Shown one piece after another: positions 35,360-47,000 of a stretch of DNA of 64,000 nt. How positions within the stretch are numbered: the stretch's first letter is position 1; each line of letters starts with the position of its first letter. The notes beneath the pieces are model-generated. The model worked only from the letters and a program-made list of their open reading frames with translations. It was not told the origin of the DNA and made no database searches. Source of the DNA: a virus. Its lineage: Duplodnaviria; Caudoviricetes. Made by a program: the position numbers and the translations under genes. Where the stretch lies: positions 96,001 through 160,000 of the IMG/VR virus record IMGVR_UViG_3300033463_000014, one strand, 5' to 3'.

Positions 35360-37861
35360 TCTCTCTCTCCTACTTACTCATTAACTATTTTGTCCACAAG
35401 CTCCTTGAGCTCGATCCTCTGATTCCCTACAATTCCTGCGACGTCGCATTTCAGCATGATCTCAACCGCCTTGAGCCTGTTCATCTTCTCAAGCTCGCAT
35501 GCGATTTTAGGTATTCCGTGCGCTATAGCCCTCAACGCGTTTTCCTCAATAACCGTCATGATTCTTCTCCTTTCTCGTTCTCTACGTAAGGCCTAAGATA
35601 AAGGCCAGACCACCACGCGACTCTTTGTCCGTCCTCGAACTCCAGCTCACAATCAAGGATTGGCGAAAGCGCGTAACGCGGAGGCAATCCGTAAATCGCC
35701 TCCATCTCCATTCCGACCAATCCCATTTTTTCCCCTCCGTTACCAGGGTGATGCATCAGCGGATGGGTGGTAGGCGTCATCGTGACTTCTGCGACTTTCC
35801 CGATCCTGAACGCCTCGCGCCCATCTCCATCCATACCGTCGAAGTCGTTTGTGACGACCACGCGGTCTCCCTGCTCGAAGAACACCCTGCCCCGGCACCA
35901 AGCGTGCCATTCTTCGACCGTCTCCCTGTATTTGTCCCGGTCCTCCTGCTTGAAGCATTCGGGCAGTTCGGGCCTCATGTCAAGGAGCCACAGCATCTTT
36001 TTCTTTGACAAACGCCTGATCATTACTACTCCACGATCTCGATGAGACCTAGCTCCGCGCACCTCTTCTCCTGGTCGTCATCCATATCGAAGTCGTCGAT
36101 AGACCAGTTCTCATTCTCATTGAACATACTCAGGTCATCCGACAGATGGCAGTCCTGTCCGTTGGCGTCCGTCCATACGAGTAGATCCCCGTCCGACGCC
36201 CTGAGCAGGTATGTCGTACCCGAATAGGTGTTGCTGTGGTTGTAGTGGTCGTGCTTACCGAGAACCTCGCACTTCAAGGTGTCGTACCGTTTTCCGTTGA
36301 TCGTTGCCTTCATATCCTTCTTTTCTTCCCTTACTACTTGCTTGCCAGAATGTTTGTCGCCGTCGTGATGACAAACATGAGAATCAGAAACAACGCGATT
36401 TCTCCGTCCATTTTACCTTCCCCACCTTATCCATAGCTTCATTTTACCTTCTCCTTATCCTCTACGGTTACTTCGCTCGGAGCGAACATGTCGCACAGTC
36501 CGGATGCCTTAACGTACAATGATCCTGAGACAAACGGGTGAATGCACTCATATACGCCCTCATTGACATGAAAGGCATGCAGGCACGACATGCAGCACTC
36601 TCCCATCTGTCTCAACCTGAACTTCTTCGCGAACAATTCAGCCTTCATGTTTCCTCAACACGGCAGTCTTCGCCTCCGCGAATTCTGATATGAAGTCATA
36701 GTACTCCATGTTTTCTCTCCCGATCTCTTTCTCCTTCTTGCGGTAAGCCTCCTCAGCCTCAATCGCCTATGGGATGATGTAGTCTTGGATCGCATACTGT
36801 CTTGTAGACCCACCAACATAGAGGAGACCCTGAAGCTCCTCAAGCTTCTCGAACGCGATCTCAATCGCGTTTTCGACCACGTTTTCAAACGTTTCCCTTT
36901 TCACTACATCCTCCCGTTTTTCCCCCTCTCCTGCCTTGCATGTTGGTCTTGATGAAAATATCGAACAGTTTGATACCCTCTCTCGTTCGCTCGTCACTCT
37001 CGAGGAACTTGTCTATCATACCCTGGGCATCCTCCTTCTTGCAAGGAACCTTTTCGATAACATCATGAAACACGACATCTTCGCCGTCCAGAATTTCACA
37101 TTCGTGCCAATTGTCTTTCACGCGTTCCGTAGCCAGTTTATCCGACCACAGCGCGTCATAGTTTTCCCCGCCGGCGACAAGCCAGGACTTCAGCTTTTTG
37201 TTCAGACCGTCCACGGAAACATCTTCGCACATACGTTCCCCTACGCAAGTCCCGATCCTCTCTATAAGAACCTCAATCATCAAAGGACTCTTTCCTTCCA
37301 TAATGAGCTTCTTGGCGTTCTTCCTCCGGACAAGGTCATCCCTCAGATCATAGAATGACAATGTGAATGTTGCCGGAATGCCGTCCACAAGAAAGTAAAC
37401 ATAATGCTCATCGGACGTGTAGTTAAGGCTCCCGATCCCGAAGTACCGAACCCCGGGTATCCCGTCAAGGATACTGTCGGCTACGGAGAGCACCTTCACA
37501 AGCGCATCCCGCCCTTCCTCGTTGTCATCTTCCAGAGACATCTGGCAGAGCGTTTTACCGTCGATCACGCATTCGCCCATTACCTCTTTCATCTTAGCCG
37601 CGTAGATATCGTAAAGCTCCTCGATCGAGGATTCAGCATAGTACTTTAACGCAAAAGCGTATGCGAACCGCTTCGAGAGCTCCTCGAAAGAGGCGTTGTA
37701 GGCCTCCCATAACGGTAGGCTCCTCGGGTCTATCTCCTTAAGCCCTGCCTTCTCACGGGCATACTCAAGCAACTCTGAATAAGTCCCCATCAGTTCCATC
37801 TCCTTCCCATCATCTGCTCCTTTCCTGATTACCAGTGTTCTCTTGTCCCAGCTTCCAGTGA

Positions 37862-39127
37862 TCATGCCTTTCTACCCTTAAGCATTTCCCTTATGCTCGC
37901 TATGTCAGCTGGATCAATGTCCTCGCCTGGAACATGGGGCATCTCACCCTTCTTCTCTTCCCTGTCAGCCTTCCTTGCCTTCGCCTTGCCTTTCCTGGGC
38001 TTCGGATCAGGCTTTCCAGGATTGTCCGGCTTTCCAGGATTTTCATGAGTTTCCGGATTTTCCGGGTTGCTCACCGGCACGTACCGCTCGCGCTCGACGC
38101 CGCGCTCGACGGACGCCGAGACCTCGCCGGCCTTTTGACCGTCGTCTCCTGACGCCGTCTTTTCGGCCGCATCCCCGAATGGGTCATCAATCATGGCCTT
38201 GGCTGACGGAGGGTCGATCTCTACGGCTTCGTCATCGACAATGTACTTGCTGCCGTATGCGAACTCCATCGCCTCCTTGAGCGCGTCGATCTCGTCATCA
38301 CCGTCCGGGGACTTGTACCCCCTCAGCATGCCGGCAAGCCGGTCGACGATGTCCTGCCCGGTCCCCGGATGGACAAGGAACGACTCCGGATCCTCCATAT
38401 GCACTCTGTGCCGAAGAAGAGTGTCCGGAATCTTCACACGCATGACGCAACCCTTAGCGTCCAATGCCGGCCTCGCCGAATAGGTCTTCCCGTTGAACGC
38501 GATCTCGATGACAAGGGCTCCATCGGGTGACGTGATGTCACCAAACATAAGCCTTCCTTTCTCGTCTCGCTCGAACGCAAGCCCGTTCAGCCTTTTTCCA
38601 TTCCTGTCCTCGGAATAGAGGATCCCCTTCGCCACAGACTCAGAAAACTCAGCGACGAAAACTCCGCCCCTCGTCCCGGCCGCAACGTCCATCACGTTCG
38701 CGGAGAAGTAATTCCTCATACGAGGGAACACCGCACCCTCGACCTCTCCGGTCAGGCGTTTACCACGGTTGTCCTTCGTCAAATAGCTCCACTTGTCAGA
38801 CCTTGAGCAGTAGTCGAAGAACGCCTCATACGGATCGTCAGCGTCAATGTCGAACGTCTTAGGGCTCAGGAACGACGTTTTCGCCATCCTGTTACCGTGC
38901 CCGACGAACTTGGCCGCCCTGATGGTCGTGTAGAAATCGGACTCATCGTCTCCGAGAACGGCAGGGATCCAGCTGACCTGCGCCTTCTCAGCGTCTCCGT
39001 CTGCTCCATATGCAGGAAGAATGGCGATCTTCAGGCTTCCATTTATGGACGGGTAGAGGTTCTCTATCCCGTCCTTGAAATACGCCTGCTGCTGGGTCTT
39101 CCTGACAAGAAAATTACGAAATTTCAT
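37862..39127 (-). CDS. Hypothetical protein; possible phage ssDNA-binding protein
   Basis: 421 aa within the recombination cluster; long acidic/Pro-rich tail; function inferred from context only. Confidence 0.5.
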   Translation of the reverse strand: MKFRNFLVRKTQQQAYFKDGIENLYPSINGSLKIAILPAYGADGDAEKAQVSWIPAVLGDDESDFYTTIRAAKFVGHGNRMAKTSFLSPKTFDIDADDPYEAFFDYCSRSDKWSYLTKDNRGKRLTGEVEGAVFPRMRNYFSANVMDVAAGTRGGVFVAEFSESVAKGILYSEDRNGKRLNGLAFERDEKGRLMFGDITSPDGALVIEIAFNGKTYSARPALDAKGCVMRVKIPDTLLRHRVHMEDPESFLVHPGTGQDIVDRLAGMLRGYKSPDGDDEIDALKEAMEFAYGSKYIVDDEAVEIDPPSAKAMIDDPFGDAAEKTASGDDGQKAGEVSASVERGVERERYVPVSNPENPETHENPGKPDNPGKPDPKPRKGKAKARKADREEKKGEMPHVPGEDIDPADIASIREMLKGRKA

Positions 39128-39184
39128 TTATCCTCCTTACTTGGCATGCGGAACCCCCTTTCGGGGGTCCGCCTTAACCGATTC

Positions 39185-41472
39185 CTAGCCGATATACGCG
39201 AGCTTGATCGCCTTGTCGCGAAGCATCTCCTCTTTCTCGACCTTCTCCTGCACTCGGTTGAGATACGACCGGTAGCTCTCGGAGATCGCCGAGATTTGGG
39301 CGGACACGTACCCGACCATCTTTTCGATTGTCGCGTTCGTGGCCACCTTCGGAAACCTCGTGATGAGGCAGGGCTTTCCGCCAAGCGTGATTACCACGCC
39401 GCCGGCATACACCTTCATCGCCATTTTTGTCGAGGAATAGCCAACTCGGTCGACAGCGTCAGGGCAGACCATATACAGACTTTTCCTGACCTCGTCGATC
39501 GCCTTCCTCGACGCCTCGATGATCGCGTCCGCCGCCTCGCGGTTCACGTTCCCGGAGAGCATCTCAGGGGGGAGACCAGCTTCCTTCAAGACATTTATAG
39601 CCTTTTCAAGCATTCCCGACTCCTCCGCGAGACCCTTGGCCTCCGAAGAGACTTTCCCACGCGCATCTACCGCGCTACGGATGCTCTCGATCTCGTTCTC
39701 TACCGTCCTCCTGATGTTACGGATAGCGGTGTCCGGGTTTCCGGTCCGCTCGACCGCTATAACAGGAGTCGAACCTGAGCTCACATAAATTCCGGCCCTG
39801 TCATAATCAACGCTGAACTCCACTTCTTCGAACTTAAACGGAAACCCGTTAGAGTCCGAAGTAATGGCGCCAACCCGATCATTCGCGACATCGATGATCT
39901 CATCTATCTTGTCCATAACGACTGTGAACTTCTGTCACATGTCAAATGACACTTCCCGCTTCAACGGATGCTCCACTTCGAGGCCCATGGACCTCGTCGC
40001 TTCAACACCCTCCACAGGCACTTTCCGAGTGACCCTCGGTGAAAATTCTCAGTCCCTCATCGCGAATATTCATGGATGCGTTCAGATCTCTGTCAAGCAC
40101 AGACCCGCACTCGGAGCATCTGTAAGTCCTCTCGTCGAGGCCAAGATGTTCCTTCACGTGTCCGCACTTCGAGCAACGCTTGCTCGATGGGAACCATCTG
40201 TCGATCTCCACATAGTTTCGACACTTATACGAGAGAAACATGCGCAGTTCCGCCATGCAACTCTGCTGAGCGCCTCTCCTTATGGATTTCATCGACCTCT
40301 TCATTCCCTCGACGCACAGGCTCTCACAACACACGACGCCGTGGTTTTTGGCAATCGCGGATGTGAACTTGTGCACCGCATCCATCTTCGCGTTTCGGAT
40401 TCTCTGGTGAAGCCTTGCAACTCGTCTTCTGGACTTGTTCCGGTTCTTCGAGCCCTTCTGCCGCCTGCTCAGCTCTCGCTGTGCATGCTTGAGACTCTTC
40501 TCCAGGCGAGGTATGGCCTTAGGCTTGTCGAGCACAGTTCCATCGGACGCGACCGCCCAATGCTTGATGCCGACGTCAATCCCGACAGCAGTCTCTCTAT
40601 CGGTAGGCACAATCTCGCCTTCCAGTTCAACGGTTATCGCAACATACCAACCGTCGGCTTGTTTGGACACTACGAATCTCAGGATGTCGCCCTTGAATCG
40701 CAGTTCTTCGGCCATGCGCACATCTCCAATGTTTGGCAGATGTATGCGCCTGCCGTCCTTGAGCCAGCCCTTGTCGTTCTGGACGTAAAACGAGTCTTTC
40801 CGACCCTTCTTGTGGAAGGTTGGATGTTTGGCCCGTTTCTTGAAGAAAGCAGAGAACGCCGCACCGAGATTCATCAGTGCTTGGGTTTGTGCGCCTCTAG
40901 CTATCTCTTTAGCCCATTCGGGACGCTCGACAGTCCAGAGCTTAGACAGCGTGTACTTGCTGCACTCTTCACCATTCTTGCGCATCTCATCCCATTTGGC
41001 CAAACCCCAGTTGTAGCAATAGCGAACCGTACCGGCCGTCTTGGCCAGCATAATCGCCTGCTCCTTGTTGGGATAGAGCCTAATCTGGTGGGATCTTGTC
41101 ACGCCACATATCATAGGATACTAATCCAATTTTGTCAACGTGGCAAGTGAGAATTTCTTGTGTCAATTGACCATGCTTGTGTTCACACGGGTTCGCTACT
41201 CCCGTGCAGTTTAACCGGCGGTCAACCGGGACATCTTCTGGTTTCCCAGAAGCACAGACTATATCATCATCCCATTCCTGGGATGGAGCACTTCGACTCG
41301 CTTGAGCCTACTCCATTGCGGGATAGTCGTTGAACCTTCTCGGATAGGGGTATCCCTCCACACCGAGCTTGGCTGCTGATTGCCATAGGCACTCCTGCCA
41401 TTAGGTGTTCCAGCAATTCACTTTCTTTTATTCACCGCAGATCGCTCTGCGGCGGGACTCTTACGAATCCAT
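39185..41472 (-). CDS. Intron-split hypothetical gene: exon 1 41467..41472 (ATG GAT), exon 2 39185..39931
   Basis: SD GAAAGGGA before ATG at 41472; joined exons read MDKFTVVMDKIDEIIDV in frame with ORF 39185..39916. Confidence 0.75.
40002..41102 (-). CDS. tnpB: TnpB RNA-guided endonuclease (IS200/IS605/IS607 family)
   Basis: IRLYPN.EQ N-terminus, RuvC GIDVG / CESL / DRDLNA, zinc finger CSKCG..CSECG; catalytic D-E-D present; start GTG 41102 or ATG 41114. Confidence 0.95.
   Translation of the reverse strand: MTRSHQIRLYPNKEQAIMLAKTAGTVRYCYNWGLAKWDEMRKNGEECSKYTLSKLWTVERPEWAKEIARGAQTQALMNLGAAFSAFFKKRAKHPTFHKKGRKDSFYVQNDKGWLKDGRRIHLPNIGDVRMAEELRFKGDILRFVVSKQADGWYVAITVELEGEIVPTDRETAVGIDVGIKHWAVASDGTVLDKPKAIPRLEKSLKHAQRELSRRQKGSKNRNKSRRRVARLHQRIRNAKMDAVHKFTSAIAKNHGVVCCESLCVEGMKRSMKSIRRGAQQSCMAELRMFLSYKCRNYVEIDRWFPSSKRCSKCGHVKEHLGLDERTYRCSECGSVLDRDLNASMNIRDEGLRIFTEGHSESACGGC
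41110..41138 (-). promoter_or_regulatory. Sigma70-type promoter for tnpB inside the intron
   Basis: TTGACA (41133-41138), 17-nt spacer, TATGAT (41110-41115). Confidence 0.75.
41175..41466 (-). ncRNA. Group I ribozyme core
   Basis: P, Q, R, S elements in canonical order; P7 GACTA/TAGTC complementarity; GNRA-capped peripheral hairpins. Confidence 0.88.
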
Positions 41473-41532
41473 TCTGTATCCCTTTCGTGTTTGTGGTTGT
41501 GTTTGTGGTTGTGGTTGATACCCTTTCGGGTG

Positions 41533-42936
41533 TTAGATAAGGAACGTCAACCGGCTTGGGTCTTGGAAATCCTGGAAGAACCCCATATTTCCGAACCGTT
41601 TTCTCCTATCGCCGTCCCTTATCGCAAGATGTCCTGGACGTCCGTTGTGGAAATCCCATCCATTCTCGAACGTGAACACGTGAGCGGATTCGCCGGGGAA
41701 CCTTGGCTTGCCTGTCGGTATGCGCCAGTCAGCGACCTCCGCTCCTCCGCACGTAGCAAGGATGACGACCCTGTGTTCTGACGGCGGAGGCAGAATGTCC
41801 GCCGTTACGATCGCCTTCCTCACCGTTCCGTTCTCGATTCCAGTGAACAGGTTTCTCCTGTCACGTACCTTCATTCTCCTGTCCGACACAGGTATGTCGG
41901 ATTGCTCCTTCTCCGAATATGCCTTGGCGATCCTTTCCGCTATGGCAAGGTTCGCACAGCAGCATATGGCGCCCATGTCGTCGGGCGTCTTACTTATGAT
42001 CCCCGCTACCGTTTCGCAGAAATCTGGATTTTCCGTCATAGCGACGGACTCCATGAATCTGAAAGATGCATTCCACGCGTAGCTCGGCTGCTTCATCCGT
42101 ATCCAGTGTACGGACACCTTCAGCGCAGATCCGTCAGCGACGGCGTCGGCATGCGTTGCTGATGCCACCACAGGTCCGAAAAGGCCCTCGCACAGGATAG
42201 GCTCTCGGATCCTGTCTCCTCCCTCGAAGGTCGCCAGAATACCCCACCTTGCCGCGTTCCTGACAGACGAAACCGGCTCAAGAGCGAGCTCCATGCTGTC
42301 AGTTATCTGTGCGACAACGACGCCGACGGCCGTAAGCGGGAGATCGCACATCGACCCGTAGTCAGTGACGATCACGTCGTCCGAGTCCACCAGGGAGTGG
42401 CCTATCGAAAGCCCGACGTCCCTCTCCGGCATCTCAACCATGAGCCTGGCGTGCAGGTATCTGGCCGAATCTTGGTCCGAAGAAACCACGAGGGAGAGCG
42501 GAGTCCCCCTCATGGCCAAGTCTTTTGACCCGAACGCACGTATGATGGCCGTTGCCATTCTGGCGAACCCGAACGAATGCGGGATGCAGACAGTCCCTCC
42601 GCATGACATGATAGCCCTGACGGCAGTGTCCCTGAACAGGCCATCGCACGAACCGACAGCCTCGAAGTAGTCCGGATCAGGCATAGGAATCCTTCCGTCG
42701 ACTATCTTCGCATAGCCTTCAGCAGATATGCCTCCTATGATGCGGCTAGCGAACCCAGGCATGGTCAGAATCTTGTTCGGAAGAGGCAATGAGAAAAGGT
42801 TTTCATAATGTCCTTCACCCGATCCATCCTCCCTCCTGAACACCCTTAGGTCTCTTAGACGCTCCTCAATGGCTTTCATGCTACCGGCATTGTCTTCCTC
42901 GATGACTATCGACCCTCTGTTCAGAAAGACTTTCAT
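41533..42936 (-). CDS. Degenerate SF2 helicase-like protein
   Basis: Two RecA-like alpha/beta domain patterns (RWGILAT, EGLFGPVV) but no intact GKT or DExH motif. Confidence 0.45.
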   Translation of the reverse strand: MKVFLNRGSIVIEEDNAGSMKAIEERLRDLRVFRREDGSGEGHYENLFSLPLPNKILTMPGFASRIIGGISAEGYAKIVDGRIPMPDPDYFEAVGSCDGLFRDTAVRAIMSCGGTVCIPHSFGFARMATAIIRAFGSKDLAMRGTPLSLVVSSDQDSARYLHARLMVEMPERDVGLSIGHSLVDSDDVIVTDYGSMCDLPLTAVGVVVAQITDSMELALEPVSSVRNAARWGILATFEGGDRIREPILCEGLFGPVVASATHADAVADGSALKVSVHWIRMKQPSYAWNASFRFMESVAMTENPDFCETVAGIISKTPDDMGAICCCANLAIAERIAKAYSEKEQSDIPVSDRRMKVRDRRNLFTGIENGTVRKAIVTADILPPPSEHRVVILATCGGAEVADWRIPTGKPRFPGESAHVFTFENGWDFHNGRPGHLAIRDGDRRKRFGNMGFFQDFQDPSRLTFLI

Positions 42937-42944
42937 AACTTTCC

Positions 42945-44030
42945 TTAGACGCCTTCCTGGCCCGACATGAACTTCTCCACGAGAAGGTGGATCGATGCCG
43001 GCTCCGGAGAATGCAGAAAGCTTGCCGTAAGGCGTGCCTCACTGCTGTCCCTAGGGAACCTAGCCTCGATTGCGGACGCAAGAGTTGCCACACTCTCTTT
43101 CCTGTCGACAACAGGAGCGAGATCCCTCGCCTTGCTAGACCGCATGATGATTCGTCCCATGCTTGACGTGTCGTGGATAACCTGGCTCAGACGCTTGAAC
43201 ACATCGTTCACCGAGTCATCCGCGATTATCTGCCAGAATGTTCTGTCCTCTCTGGCAATCCCGAGACTGTCCTCCTCTGCCATGTCAGCGGAAGCGTTGG
43301 CAAGATCAGACTCGCTAGAGATCTCTAACTGTCCCACTTTCCTTGTCCTGAGCCTGACAGGCTCCGCGTTCCACGTGTCCGTCTCAAGGAGGAACCAGTA
43401 CTTCTCCTCCGGCTCGTTCGACGACTTCATCTCGGTCGATCCTGGGTTTACGAACAGGATACCGTTCCACGTCCTTGCGTCAGGGATGTGGACATGGCCC
43501 ATGAGCACGCACCGTACGCCCATCTTCTCGAGCATAGGGCACAGCTCCTGTACGCCGGTGTCTGCCGACCCGCCTCCGTTCATCTCGGAAAGCGCGAAAT
43601 GAAGGACAATGATATCGGCCTTCGTTCCGATGTCAACGAGACGCTGGATCTCCTCGACGAGGTCCCGCCCGTTTCGGTAATTCACCCCTATGATCCTTAT
43701 GCCACCTACCGTGACGGGTTTTTCGGAAAGCGGCGTCGCGCCGATCACATCAGCCCATTTCCCGTCAGACAGGTCATGGTTTCCGTCTACGGACAGAACG
43801 TTTACGGCCCTCTCCCTGATCTTCCCGATTACCTCCTTCGCGCAGAGAACGGATCCTGCGTCAGGACGAGGGGAATCGAACAGATCCCCTCCTATGACGA
43901 CTGCTTCCGGCCTATGCGAAAGGACATCCTCCCCGAAGCGCCTGAACGCATCCAGGAAGTCTTCGTACCTTTCCTTGAGATTGTACTGGCGCGTGCCAAG
44001 ATGCACGTCGCTAATCAGCGCTATTCTCAT
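42945..44030 (-). CDS. sbcD: SbcD/Mre11-like metallophosphoesterase nuclease
   Basis: SDVHLG, GGDLFD, DGNHD, GHVH, NPGS motifs; adjacent to SbcC. Confidence 0.92.
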   Translation of the reverse strand: MRIALISDVHLGTRQYNLKERYEDFLDAFRRFGEDVLSHRPEAVVIGGDLFDSPRPDAGSVLCAKEVIGKIRERAVNVLSVDGNHDLSDGKWADVIGATPLSEKPVTVGGIRIIGVNYRNGRDLVEEIQRLVDIGTKADIIVLHFALSEMNGGGSADTGVQELCPMLEKMGVRCVLMGHVHIPDARTWNGILFVNPGSTEMKSSNEPEEKYWFLLETDTWNAEPVRLRTRKVGQLEISSESDLANASADMAEEDSLGIAREDRTFWQIIADDSVNDVFKRLSQVIHDTSSMGRIIMRSSKARDLAPVVDRKESVATLASAIEARFPRDSSEARLTASFLHSPEPASIHLLVEKFMSGQEGV

Positions 44031-44059
44031 TTCTCCTCCTTCATTTTCATAACAAGCAT

Positions 44060-47000
44060 CTATTCCCCTTTCATGATCCCAAGGTCGATCCTCGTATCGA
44101 GGAACGGCATGATCGCCTTCTCATGGGTCGCCATGATGATCTGTAGCCCCTTGTTTCTTGCTACCTCGCCAACTTTCTGCAGGAGCTCTCCAAGATGCCC
44201 GATGCTCGCATCGTCAAGATACGCAGTCGGCTCATCAAGGCTCAGCAAACCGAGTTCTCCTCCGAAGCACATGTAGATCGCCAGACGGAATGCGATCGCA
44301 AGCGCAACCTTCTGACCTCCGGACAGCAGGGACGCGTCCGGATTCGGATCAGGCATGGACCGTCCGTCGATGAATCTGCATCGGAACCCGAACCCCTCCT
44401 CCTCCGCCTCAACGACGAAAGGAGCGCAGAATTGGTCGAGGAAACTGTTGACGCAAGCCGTCAGATCCCTCATCACGTTCTGAGACATGATCCTCGGGCC
44501 TTCCTTATAGGAGAACCAGTCCCTCACGCGCTTCAGCACATCAACCTTCTCCCTTACCGCGTCTTCCACCCTCTTCTTCTCCACGAGGTCGTCGATCATT
44601 TTCCTCGTGCTCTCGATGGATTTCTCCGCAGTGTCGAGACGGCCTTTCTCTGTTGCCATGTCCCGCAGGATTCCGTTGAACGCGTCCAGGTTGGAGCGCG
44701 CTTTCTCGGTCGCCTCGCGGCACTTTTCGGAATAGTCGCCGTGTACGTCCACAGCCTTGATCCCGATGTCCGCCACGCGCCTCTCCGCCGCCTCCATGGC
44801 CTGTCTGACCATGTCGACCTGGGCCGAGTAACGCGCGACGTTGTCCCTGGCCGTCTTGGCCGCGTCCTTCGTCCTGACCGCATCATTCAGCTTGCGCCTG
44901 TTGTCGGCCAGCCTTGACTCGATCTTCGGGAGATCGTCGGGGACATTGCCCTTGTATGAGACCTCGAACGAGACCATGTCGATTACGACACCCTCGACGT
45001 TCTTGTCCTTGGCGTTCTTGAGCGCCGCTTTTGCGGCTTCCATCCTCGTCCTCGCGCGGTCTAACTTTCGCGCGCAGGCGCTTTCTTCCGCCTCGCGCTT
45101 GTCGAGGGCCATTCTGGCATCCCTCGCCTTTTCGGTCACTTCCCTGCGCTTCGCCTCCATCGCGTCAAGCTTCTCTTTAACGTGTCTGGAGATGTCTTCC
45201 TGCGTGGCCGGAGCGCCGCAAAGCGGACACGTCCCGTCACTTGACGCCTCGCGCATCATGTTGCGCAGACTGCGGGCCTCGGCCTCTGCGGCAGCCTGCT
45301 CGTTGTCGAGCCTCTTGACCTCCGCACGGTCGTCCTCAACTTTCGTCGTGTACCGCGCGAGATCGGACTCAGCCTCCCTTATGGCGGCGTCGCCCTCATT
45401 CTTTGCGCTGAGCGCCGCATCGGACAGATCCTTCAGCCTTGTGAGGAAACGGACGACATCCCCGTCCTCGTCGACGAGCTTCCGGAGCCGCTCCTCTTCC
45501 TCTTCCGAGAACGATCCGACTTCGTCAAGCTCCTTGAGCGCGCGCCCGTGCGCTTCCTGCGCGCTGTTTAGCCTGCGCGTCACGGAGACGAGCTCCTCGA
45601 CCGCGGCCTGCGCGCCGGCCAGACGGTCGACTTCCTTCTCAAGTTCCTCCTTGGTCGGGAGTTTCCGGATCGCCGCGTCATACTTACCGAGCGTTTCCCG
45701 GCAAGCTCTCGCGACGTCCTCGTGCGTGTCGAGCTGCTCCCTTGCGCGTGCGATGGCGTCGTCGAAGCCCTGAGGCTTGTCATACGCAGCTATCTCACTA
45801 CGGAGCGACTCGTAGATCTTAGTGGCGTTCCCGATACCGATGAGTCGCTGGAACGCAACCTCCCTGTTCTTAGGGTCATCGAACAGGATCGCGTCGATTC
45901 CCTTCTGAGGTACAAACACGATCTGCCTTATGAGCTCCTTGTCGAGCCCGGCCTTCTCGCGCAGGGCATCCTCTACCTTCCTCGCCTGCTTGATCGTCTC
46001 TCCGTCCACCTTCAGCGTCACGTCACCGTTGGTCTTCCTGACAATCACGAACTCAGTGTTGTTCGACCCTGCCGTGAATATCAGCTTGACCGAACCTTCC
46101 TTCTCACCCCACGTAGTGAGGTTAGCTTTCGTGAACCCAGGCTGCTCACCTGTGAGCGCGAACTGAATGGCTCCGATCAGGTTCGACTTGCCGCAGTTGT
46201 GTGTCAGATAACAATGTTCGCGTCCGATACAATATGTGTATGGTGCTTCTCGCATTCGGATGGTATAGTAAGCGGCTGCTTCCAATACCTTAATCCGTAC
46301 GCAATTTCCGAGATGCTCTTCAGGCTCAGCTTTCTCGCCGCCGGAACAGCGTTCCTCACCTCCTCCGCAAGGATCCTTTTCAGCGACACTCCCGCCACAT
46401 GGTACGGATACTTCTTCCGATTCTCCGACCACACCCTCCGAACCTCCGCAATCTCCTCCTGCGTCAGCACCTGCGGATTCGGTATTGTCACCCTGCCATG
46501 GGTTACCCCATACCACGCATTGTACTTCACGCTGCACCACTCCAGGTTCTCCGCCCTGTTGTTTGACGGATTGCAGTCGATATGGTTCACCACTGGCAAC
46601 CCAAGCGGGTTCTCCAGCCACGCTTCCGCCACGATCCTGTGCACCTTCACGGTATGCCCATCGAGCATCGTCCTTAAGTACCCATTCGGATCCCGCGCTG
46701 GCTTCATCACGGCAACTATTCTGCCGCCATACTGTCGCGTCGTCAAAAGGCGCCCCATATTGCTCACAAAGTAATTTGAGCTGTGCCCTCTGACCTGCTT
46801 CCAGCGCTCCCCAGACAAGCTGATAGAGCGGATAGAATCCATCTCCCGCGAAGAAGGGGTGGTCGTATGTGCAACACGTTTTCTCTCCATCGATTTCAAC
46901 CTCCAGCATCGGTTTCTGTTTATGATCGGGACTGGTCATAACGACACCGGAGACCGTGCTGGACGTCAACCGACCGCTCTCATCGTCAAAAGCAAGCAGC

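Larger units (their letters stand above)
39932..41466 (-). mobile_element. Group I intron containing tnpB (IStron-like, no tnpA)
   Basis: P1 GGAU|UC-GUAA-GAGUCC with U.G pair; P TGAATTGCTGGAA, Q GGCAATCAGCAGC, R GTTCAACGACTA, S GATATAGTCTG; ends GACAG. Confidence 0.88.

Noticed and set aside
39924-39929. Alternative 3' splice sites (GAAG at 39929; CACAG near 39922)
   Set aside because: The second is out of frame; the first is in frame but lacks the P9.0 pairing. GACAG at 39932 is preferred but unproven
39864-41150. 428-aa plus-strand ORF
   Set aside because: Antisense shadow of tnpB; no motifs
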